Virus record (IMG/VR): IMGVR_UViG_3300020221_000005
Span: 39,352-103,351 of that record
Direction: 5' to 3' (one strand)
DNA length: 64,000 nt
Origin: a virus
Below the pieces are notes generated by a model that was not told the DNA's origin, did not search any database, and saw only the letters and a list, made by a program, of their open reading frames with translations. Position 1 is the stretch's first letter. Each line of letters opens with the position of its first letter. The position numbers were made by a program, and so were the translations under genes. This document shows positions 28,501-35,097 of this stretch, piece by piece.

Positions 28501-30071
28501 AGATCGCGCGACTACACAACAATGGTGATCTTGATACTAGTTTTAATCCTGGCGAATCAACAAACGCAATCATTCTTGATCTTGATTTTCAAAGTGATGG
28601 TAAAATGGTTCTTGTCGGAGATTTTTCTAAGTATAATGGAAAAAATTGTAATCGAGTAGTTAGAATCACTCGTAACGGTGATTTTGATAGTTCGTTTTTA
28701 GAAACTTTTTTATATAATACTCCGTCGACCTGTTCAGTTAATGAGTTGGGTTGGAAAGAGACAAAATTATTTGGTGATGTAGATTCGTTTAAGTTTAATA
28801 GATTTGGTCATTCGGTAGACATCTCCGAAGACAAACTTTTAATTTCTTGTCCCAAGTTTTTATCTGAATTTTCATCTTCTTACGTACAAAATACTTTATT
28901 TAAATCAGTCGATTGTGATGATCTTACCGAAAATGATTATTTGGGAATGTTTTATATATATGATAAACAAGAAGAAAATTGGAACAATATATATGCTAAA
29001 TTTAAACCTAGAAAAAGATTTGGTTATCCGTTTAACTTTTTTGCACATGATGTTTCTATACATAAAAAAAACTTGATTGTGGGATCTCCCATAGCTTTGA
29101 CCGACTCGAATAGAATCATTGAAATAGTTGAAGATAAAGAAAACGTCGCGGAAAATTTACATGGAAATTTTTCTATTTTTAATTTAAATGAATTTGAATC
29201 ACACCATCATGTGGGAAATGTGTTTTATAGAAATGGTAAAATGGTATTTTCAAATTCGGCGTCTGTATTTGATAATATGTTTAATAACGATGTAAACGAT
29301 GAACCAGTTTATGATATTTCATATAACAGCAAAACTTCTTTGTATGAAAAACAAATAATTTGTACGGTGAGTCCAGGCGAGTTTAATTATTCTACAAATC
29401 CGACTGCCCATGTTCCAAGTTTGATTCAATTGGATTTGAACAAAAACGGAAAATTTGATTTTCAAGACTGCGACAAAATTTTGAGGGGTATATATAAAAA
29501 GTTCAACGGAAATGAACAGTGGTGGAATTTGTTACAATTGGAATATCCAATTGGGTTTGAAAATGTTGTAGAAAAGAGTAAATTTGAATATTATCTAACA
29601 CAATCAATAAAGAACGAAACTTTGTATAATTTAACAGATTCTATACTTACTACCGAAGAATATAATTATATTGTTAATAATTTAGATAGCACTTTGGATA
29701 TAAACCAAGATGGTTTGACTGATAATATGGATTTAACTATACTGTGGAAATATTTCGCAGATACTTTGACCGCTGATAACTATGAAATGTTCACTACTAG
29801 TAAATCTACGAGCTCACGGAGTATATATTCAGTGGCTAGGGACTATTTGGATACAATTACTGGCAAAAGTCATAAACATCTAATCAAAGATGTATTTCAT
29901 CGTCGATATGTTACAAGTTCAAATTTTACTACACAGTCATTTTTATCTCCATATATTACCACTATAGGATTATATAATAACTTAGATTTGATTGGCGTGG
30001 TAAAGTTAGGGACGCCTATAAAAAACGAAGGAAAATTTCCTTTAAATTTTATAATACGTTTTGATATTTAA
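25584..30071 (+). CDS. large virion protein: FG-GAP, Delta-60 and RCC1 propeller repeats, EF-hand/dockerin-like loops and C-half of the baseplate fold
   Basis: FGYSVAI/FGWSVSI..LVVGSP FG-GAP repeats; Delta-60 repeats; AIAAGxxHTVALKSDGTVVAWG repeats; VGNVFY...EFNYSTNPT...PYITTIGLYN; start ATG 25584 or 25590 overlaps the upstream stop. Confidence 0.78.
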   Translation: MYMHKNIYIDKKDFGYSVAISDVYALIGNPSFESFNSSSANPILEEGSVDVYKYNSNTSSTFIYDRTIKLSSLKEDYYALYTENYTTSSNSIASLSGSYSLSTETNTSGSNSGSVAIFNNYEFLLANSEDMFTLSSDFGRSLDIYENLCAIGCTRMTYTFLNMDEVIRNEEGCIEIHDLSKEKSKTQTIFAPINSSFLNFTSIDTGSNSFGWSVSINKDFLVVGSPYTKNSGSVFIFKRDSDEYTYHSYITSSGQNLFGSCLKLDKNFNKLIVGNGSIIDNNSKAYLYEYVLTTDKWELIQEFTSNKTVENLKILPVPQHDPVIALPDGYGNSVSIYCSSSTDVAVAVGAPYDRIYKEFSGSNCYRDGCVYVYNSKNCILPSGKCESTIVGSNIVKGLFHFPNVFHSARAVLVQPDDSIFIGGEFIYYNAESNFRNRLVKLSKDGELTSLTASLFGSTVRDLIKTGSKIITRGIHPRLGRFNSSDGSTDNDDNTFFNNVESVIADGNGLSCVAVTADNKILISGNFTRGVKEITAGFYHTVVIKRDNTVAAWGLNNEGQTTGTPTTAPPHIETGNPVTLSGQVLRNVVAIAAGWAHTVALKSDGTVVAWGSNDYGQTTVPFNLSGVVAIAAGENHTVALKSDGTVVAWGNNYFGQTTGTPTTAAPYTATANPVTLNGQILSDVVAIAGGLYNTVALKLDGTVVAWGSGQTTVPAGLSGVVAIAAGEEHTVALKSNGTVVAWGANYAGQTTVPDGLSGVVAIAGGERHTVALKSDGTVVAWGGNDFSQSTVPSVINNTTTGSNYISRINGTTGEIDPTFSHTGSGPFRPAQRRPVPAPAISAILPLSNNKILVGGHLPFYDNVTTDHIVRLNSDGTLDQTFTAKCKGGIVNTIVGQIDNKILVGGSFTSVSIDGVNYSKRGIFRLNENGTFDTSFVGSGIGAGQDIHKIFTVPSSGKIMIIGSFTTFNGISINKIARLHNNGDLDTSFNPGESTNAIILDLDFQSDGKMVLVGDFSKYNGKNCNRVVRITRNGDFDSSFLETFLYNTPSTCSVNELGWKETKLFGDVDSFKFNRFGHSVDISEDKLLISCPKFLSEFSSSYVQNTLFKSVDCDDLTENDYLGMFYIYDKQEENWNNIYAKFKPRKRFGYPFNFFAHDVSIHKKNLIVGSPIALTDSNRIIEIVEDKENVAENLHGNFSIFNLNEFESHHHVGNVFYRNGKMVFSNSASVFDNMFNNDVNDEPVYDISYNSKTSLYEKQIICTVSPGEFNYSTNPTAHVPSLIQLDLNKNGKFDFQDCDKILRGIYKKFNGNEQWWNLLQLEYPIGFENVVEKSKFEYYLTQSIKNETLYNLTDSILTTEEYNYIVNNLDSTLDINQDGLTDNMDLTILWKYFADTLTADNYEMFTTSKSTSSRSIYSVARDYLDTITGKSHKHLIKDVFHRRYVTSSNFTTQSFLSPYITTIGLYNNLDLIGVVKLGTPIKNEGKFPLNFIIRFDI
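27236..27960 (+). repeat. GC-rich RCC1-repeat cassette (five near-identical units starting about 27342, 27459, 27630, 27738, 27855)
   Basis: Repeated gtggtggccatcgcgg...accgtggccttgaagtcggatggcaccgtggtggcgtgggg; abrupt GC increase relative to the flanks. Confidence 0.93.
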
Positions 30072-30087
30072 ATGATATTTATAATAT

Positions 30088-30357
30088 ATGGCAAATACAC
30101 CTATAGAGAGAAAATCAATAGACACACCACTGGAAAAAAGATACCTATCGGATACGACTGGTGGAGCATATGATGCTAAAACCGCCGGCGCGTCGACAAT
30201 TCCAACGAGTCTTCAAGAAAAAACATTCACCTCGGCTGAAGGATTCAAAACTAAGGCTCCGTTAAATCAAAGCGAATTCAAAGATGCGCAAGGAACAAAA
30301 TCTAAAGAACTATCTTCTTTTATAAAAGGGTTCTCTAATAAAAAATATAAACCCTAA
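30088..30357 (+). CDS. small hypothetical late protein
   Basis: TATTTATA at 30076, 4 nt before ATG. Confidence 0.7.
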   Translation: MANTPIERKSIDTPLEKRYLSDTTGGAYDAKTAGASTIPTSLQEKTFTSAEGFKTKAPLNQSEFKDAQGTKSKELSSFIKGFSNKKYKP

Positions 30358-30378
30358 AAATAATACTATATATCTTAT

Positions 30379-30876
30379 ATGGTATTAGGTTTTGATGCTT
30401 CAACGTCAACCGTTGGTTGGGCGTTTTCTGAAAATAAAAATATTGTGGATGCTGGATTTATAAATATAAAATCTGGCCTCACATATAAAGATAAATCATT
30501 TTTGGTAATAAATCACATAGAAAAAAATAAAAATTTTTCAGCCGTAAATAAAATTTACTTGGAATCGGCTTTAAGTGGTTTTGCGGGTGGATTTACTTCT
30601 CAACAAGTTATAATAACTCTATCAAGATTTAACGCGGTATTTGAATATATTTTGACTGAACGTTGGAACGTTGATTTAGAACTATTAAATGTCAATACGG
30701 CTAGAAAAAAAGTGATAGGAAAGTGTCGTGAAAAAGGAATGAAATCTAAAGAGTTTGTAAAAACATATTTGGAGAAAATTCATCCGATTCATGACTTTGA
30801 CGTTTTAAACGCTAAAGGAAGTTGGGATAAAAGAAATGCGGACATGTATGATGCTATGGTGTTGTCTTTATTTTAA
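30379..30876 (+). CDS. RuvC-like Holliday junction resolvase
   Basis: VLGFDASTSTVGWA, IYLES and NADMYDAMV give the RNase H-fold D/E/D..D catalytic pattern. Confidence 0.8.
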   Translation: MVLGFDASTSTVGWAFSENKNIVDAGFINIKSGLTYKDKSFLVINHIEKNKNFSAVNKIYLESALSGFAGGFTSQQVIITLSRFNAVFEYILTERWNVDLELLNVNTARKKVIGKCREKGMKSKEFVKTYLEKIHPIHDFDVLNAKGSWDKRNADMYDAMVLSLF

Positions 30877-30877
30877 A

Positions 30878-30905
30878 TTGACGAATTTAGTTTCGAGTTT
30901 ATGTT
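30878..30905 (+). promoter_or_regulatory. sigma70-like promoter of the primase operon
   Basis: TTGACG(30878-30883)-N16-TATGTT(30900-30905), 7 nt before ATG 30913. Confidence 0.6.
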
Positions 30906-30912
30906 ATAACGT

Positions 30913-31878
30913 ATGTTGCTTCAGAATGAGATTGTAGGCATTTTAAATAAAGCTTTAAATCAAAAAGCTAAAATTAGAAAAGGAACCGATGCGGTTTATT
31001 TTTGTCCAAGTTGTAAACATTATAAAAGAAAATTAGAAATAAATTTGCTTACGGGAAAATATAACTGCTGGGTTTGTAATTTTTCAGGAACAAGTTTTAA
31101 AAGTTTATTTAAAAAACTAAATCTATCTTGCGAGTTATATAATTTAATAAAACCAAATTCACGTTCAGACAATCTGTCTTCAAATGACGCAATCGATCTC
31201 GATAATTTATTCAAAGAACACGTTGAGAGTTCTACGGAAATACAAAAACTGCCTACAGAATATATTCCTTTATATGAATATAGAAATTCTATAGAATATA
31301 AAAATGCAATAAAATATTTATTGTCTAGAAACGTAACTAAACACGATATATATCGTTATCAAATTGGCTATTGTGAAAGTGGAATTTTTAGACAAAGAAT
31401 TATTGTTCCGTCTTTTGATAAAGATAATCTTTTAAATTTCTTTATAGGTAGAAGTTACTATGAAGACGTGAATTTTAAATATAATAATTGTGAATTTAGC
31501 AAAAATATTATAGGATTTGAATCGTTGGTAGATTTTTCTCAAGAAATTACTTTGGTGGAAGGTGTATTTGACGCTTTTGCTGTGAGATATAATTGCATTC
31601 CTTTATTTGGAAAAACGTTGTCAAAAAAATTAAAAGAATCGTTAATTATAAATAAAGTTTTGACTGTAAATTTATTACTAGATAACGACGCTGTAAAAGA
31701 ATCTATTAAAATTTTAGAATTTTTAATAAAAAACGATATTAAAACTAAATTTGTGACATTAAATGGCAAAGACCCGTCTGAAATCGGATTTGAGAAAACT
31801 TGGGAAGCAATTAAATCGGCAAAAATTGTAAGCTTCGATGAGTTGTTAAAATTGAAATTAACTTATGAACGTAACTAA
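30913..31878 (+). CDS. DNA primase (Zn-finger plus TOPRIM)
   Basis: CPSC...CWVC zinc finger, RIIVPSFD, FIGR, LVEGVFDA, LLDND, KDPSE. Confidence 0.9.
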   Translation: MLLQNEIVGILNKALNQKAKIRKGTDAVYFCPSCKHYKRKLEINLLTGKYNCWVCNFSGTSFKSLFKKLNLSCELYNLIKPNSRSDNLSSNDAIDLDNLFKEHVESSTEIQKLPTEYIPLYEYRNSIEYKNAIKYLLSRNVTKHDIYRYQIGYCESGIFRQRIIVPSFDKDNLLNFFIGRSYYEDVNFKYNNCEFSKNIIGFESLVDFSQEITLVEGVFDAFAVRYNCIPLFGKTLSKKLKESLIINKVLTVNLLLDNDAVKESIKILEFLIKNDIKTKFVTLNGKDPSEIGFEKTWEAIKSAKIVSFDELLKLKLTYERN

Positions 31879-34800
31879 ATTAAATTGTGATGTAAAAAAT
31901 TTTATAGGAATATTACACGTCGCAGATATACATATTAGATTAACAAAACGACATGAAGAATATCTGTCTGTATTTAAAAAGCTATATGATGTAGCGCATA
32001 AAACTCCTCCTAACACCTGTATTGCGGTTTTGGGTGATGTATTTCATTCTAAATCGGATTTAAGTCCTGAATGCGTTAAGCTGGCCTCAGATTTTTTAAA
32101 AAGTCTGGCTGATATTCGTCCCACCGTGGTCATAGCAGGCAATCACGATGCTACATTAAACAATAAAAACAGACTCGATAGCCTGAGTCCAATTATTGAT
32201 GCGTTACAACATAAAAATTTGTTTTATTTAAAAGATACTGGCCTCTTTATTTTAGGAGACATATTGTTTAATCACATGTCTGTATTTGATACGATGGAAA
32301 ATTATATAAAATCTTCGGACATCCCAAGTATTTATAAAAATGATACTAAATATTTAATTGGATTATTTCACGGATCTATTCACATGGCAATAACTGATAT
32401 GGGATATTATGTGAGTAACAGTTTGATAAAGCCTGAGTTATTTGATGGCCACGATTTGGTGTTGGTTGGAGATATTCACAAACATCAGGTGTTGGAAACT
32501 CCAAATACCAAAACCAAAATTGTATATCCAGGCAGTTTAATTCAACAAAATCACGGTGAAGAATTATTGGGACACGGATATGTGATGTGGAATTTAAATC
32601 AAAAAACTTTTAAACAATTGGACATTGAAAATGAATATGGTTTTTATACTGTGGATGTTAATAAAGGAAAATTGGTCACCGATCTATCCAATTTGCCTAA
32701 AAAAGCAAGACTAAGGGTTAAATGTTTTGAATCGGTTTCGTCGGAAGTAAAGTCGATAGTTTCTAAGATAAAAGAAAATTATGATATAGCTGAATTAACG
32801 TATGTAAGAGTTGACGTGGATCAACATTTATCAAAAAATATAGTAAATTCTACCTCTTTAAAATTAACTGATTTATCGTCGGCGGATTATCAAAACCAGC
32901 TTATTAAATCTTATTTAAATAAACAATTACCTAACCAAAAATTATCCGAAGAAATGTTTGAAAATATATTTGAAATAAATAAACACTATAATCAAAACAT
33001 TGACAGAGATAAATTAACCAGAAATATTCGATGGAAACCTAAAAAATTTGAGTTTAGCAATATGTTTAGTTACGGTGAAAATAATGTAATTGACTTTTCA
33101 AAGATGAAAGATACCGTGGGATTATTTGCTTCAAATGCATCAGGAAAATCTTCTATATTATCGGCGTTGAGTTTTTGTATATTTGACAAATGTGACAGAG
33201 CCTTTAAGGCTTCTCACATATTAAATTCACAAAAGGTAGGTTTTAATTGTAAATTTAATTTTGAAATAGATAAGGTTGATTATTTTATAGAAAGATCGGG
33301 CAAATCAGATAAAAAAGGAAATGTGAAAGTTGATGTGAAATTTTGGAAAGAAGAAGACAAAAAAATTATAGAATTAAATGGAGAAGCTCGCAGAAGTACT
33401 AACGATATGATTCGTGACTATTTGGGATCTTATGAAGATTTTATTTTAACAGTACTGTCTATTCAAAACAATAAAAGCGGAACTTTTGTAGATATGGGAC
33501 AAACAGAACGTAAAGATTTGATTTCTCAGTTTATGGGAATAAATATTTTTGACATGTTGTATCAAAAATCATCCGACGCATTGAAGGAACTATCAATCGA
33601 ATTAAAATCTTTAAATAAAGATATCGATCAAAATATTATTGCCGATATGGAAGTTGATTTAGAAAATTTAAAAACAAATTTAGTCTCGATCCGAAAAAAA
33701 CTTGATGAGTTTAATAAAACAAAACAAAATGAAGATGAAAATCTATTGGAAGAAACTAAGAAGTTAGTTAAATTAGATTCGTCTATCGCCACCAATCTAA
33801 TCAAAATGCAGTCTGAAAGTCAAACCTTGAATTCAGACATTTCAAAATTGAAATCTACAAAAAATTTACAAGAAAATAAATTTGTTGAGTTAATGTCGGA
33901 AAAAGAAAAATTAGATTTAGAAATTAAACAAATAGAGTCTTCTGATGTAACAGTAAAACATCAACAACTTATAGAATTAAAAAACAAACTTTCTAATTTA
34001 AAACACGAGATTGAAAAGAAAAAAATTTTCATAACATCTAAGGTAGATAAAATACATAAATTAAAATCACATCAATATGATCCGAATTGCAAATATTGTA
34101 TTAATAATAGTTTTGTAAAAGATGCAATTGAAGCTCAAAATTCTTTGGGTCAAGATAAAATTGAAGCGGACCAAATTATTAAAGATTACAACGAACTAAA
34201 TATTCAAATTCAAGAATTAAATGATGTCTCGGAGTTATATAACAAATATGAGTTATTAAAAAATAGCAAATTAAAAACAGAAACCGAGTGTGGTGTATTA
34301 ACTAATAATATTTTGAAATTAGATAATAATATACAAATAATCGGATCTAAATTAGAAAAGGTTGAAATTGATCTTAAAAACTACTTTGAACAAGAATCAA
34401 ATATAAAACACAATCAACTGATAGATAAAAACATGCGAGATATTCAAGGGAAAATTAAAACGTTGGGAATAGATATAAAAAGAAATACAGATGAACTTGT
34501 TTTTTTATCTTCAAAAATTACAGCTATAGAAAAAGATTTGTTATATAAAAAATCTGCCATAGAAAAAATAAAAACAATTCAGAAAAAAATAGATGCATAT
34601 ACGTTGTATGTTCAGTCAGTTTCTCGTGACGGCATCCCATTTGAATTGATTACCAATATAGTACCTGTTATAGAAAAAGAAGTAAACTCGATATTAAATC
34701 AGATAGTAGAATTTTCTGTTAATATACAAACCGATGGAAAAAATGTTATGACATATTTGGTTTACAATGATAAAAAGTGGGCGTTAGAGTTATCTAGTGG

Positions 34801-35068
34801 TTTAGAAAAATTTTTAACATCTTTAGCGATAAGAGTTGCATTGATAAATGTATCAAATTTACCCAGGCCGAACTTTATAGCCGTCGATGAGGGGTGGGGA
34901 ACAATGGATGGAACAAATCTTTCGGCGGTTAGCCCTCTATTTTCTATATTAAAAAATAGTTTTGATTTTATTTTAGTGATCTCACATATAGACTCAATGA
35001 AAGATGCAGTAGATAATCATTTAGAAATAAACAAAATAGATGGATTTTCTTCCGTTAAATTCATATGA
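31865..35068 (+). CDS. fused SbcD/Mre11 nuclease - SbcC/Rad50 ATPase (gp47-gp46-like)
   Basis: ADIH, GDVFH, AGNHD and GDIHKHQ metallophosphoesterase motifs; Walker A NASGKSS, coiled coils, CKYC zinc hook, LSSGLE signature, IAVDEGWGTMD Walker B/D-loop, VISH. Confidence 0.92.
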   Translation: MNVTKLNCDVKNFIGILHVADIHIRLTKRHEEYLSVFKKLYDVAHKTPPNTCIAVLGDVFHSKSDLSPECVKLASDFLKSLADIRPTVVIAGNHDATLNNKNRLDSLSPIIDALQHKNLFYLKDTGLFILGDILFNHMSVFDTMENYIKSSDIPSIYKNDTKYLIGLFHGSIHMAITDMGYYVSNSLIKPELFDGHDLVLVGDIHKHQVLETPNTKTKIVYPGSLIQQNHGEELLGHGYVMWNLNQKTFKQLDIENEYGFYTVDVNKGKLVTDLSNLPKKARLRVKCFESVSSEVKSIVSKIKENYDIAELTYVRVDVDQHLSKNIVNSTSLKLTDLSSADYQNQLIKSYLNKQLPNQKLSEEMFENIFEINKHYNQNIDRDKLTRNIRWKPKKFEFSNMFSYGENNVIDFSKMKDTVGLFASNASGKSSILSALSFCIFDKCDRAFKASHILNSQKVGFNCKFNFEIDKVDYFIERSGKSDKKGNVKVDVKFWKEEDKKIIELNGEARRSTNDMIRDYLGSYEDFILTVLSIQNNKSGTFVDMGQTERKDLISQFMGINIFDMLYQKSSDALKELSIELKSLNKDIDQNIIADMEVDLENLKTNLVSIRKKLDEFNKTKQNEDENLLEETKKLVKLDSSIATNLIKMQSESQTLNSDISKLKSTKNLQENKFVELMSEKEKLDLEIKQIESSDVTVKHQQLIELKNKLSNLKHEIEKKKIFITSKVDKIHKLKSHQYDPNCKYCINNSFVKDAIEAQNSLGQDKIEADQIIKDYNELNIQIQELNDVSELYNKYELLKNSKLKTETECGVLTNNILKLDNNIQIIGSKLEKVEIDLKNYFEQESNIKHNQLIDKNMRDIQGKIKTLGIDIKRNTDELVFLSSKITAIEKDLLYKKSAIEKIKTIQKKIDAYTLYVQSVSRDGIPFELITNIVPVIEKEVNSILNQIVEFSVNIQTDGKNVMTYLVYNDKKWALELSSGLEKFLTSLAIRVALINVSNLPRPNFIAVDEGWGTMDGTNLSAVSPLFSILKNSFDFILVISHIDSMKDAVDNHLEINKIDGFSSVKFI

Positions 35069-35097
35069 TTGATACCTATTTATAGGTATTATAAAAT

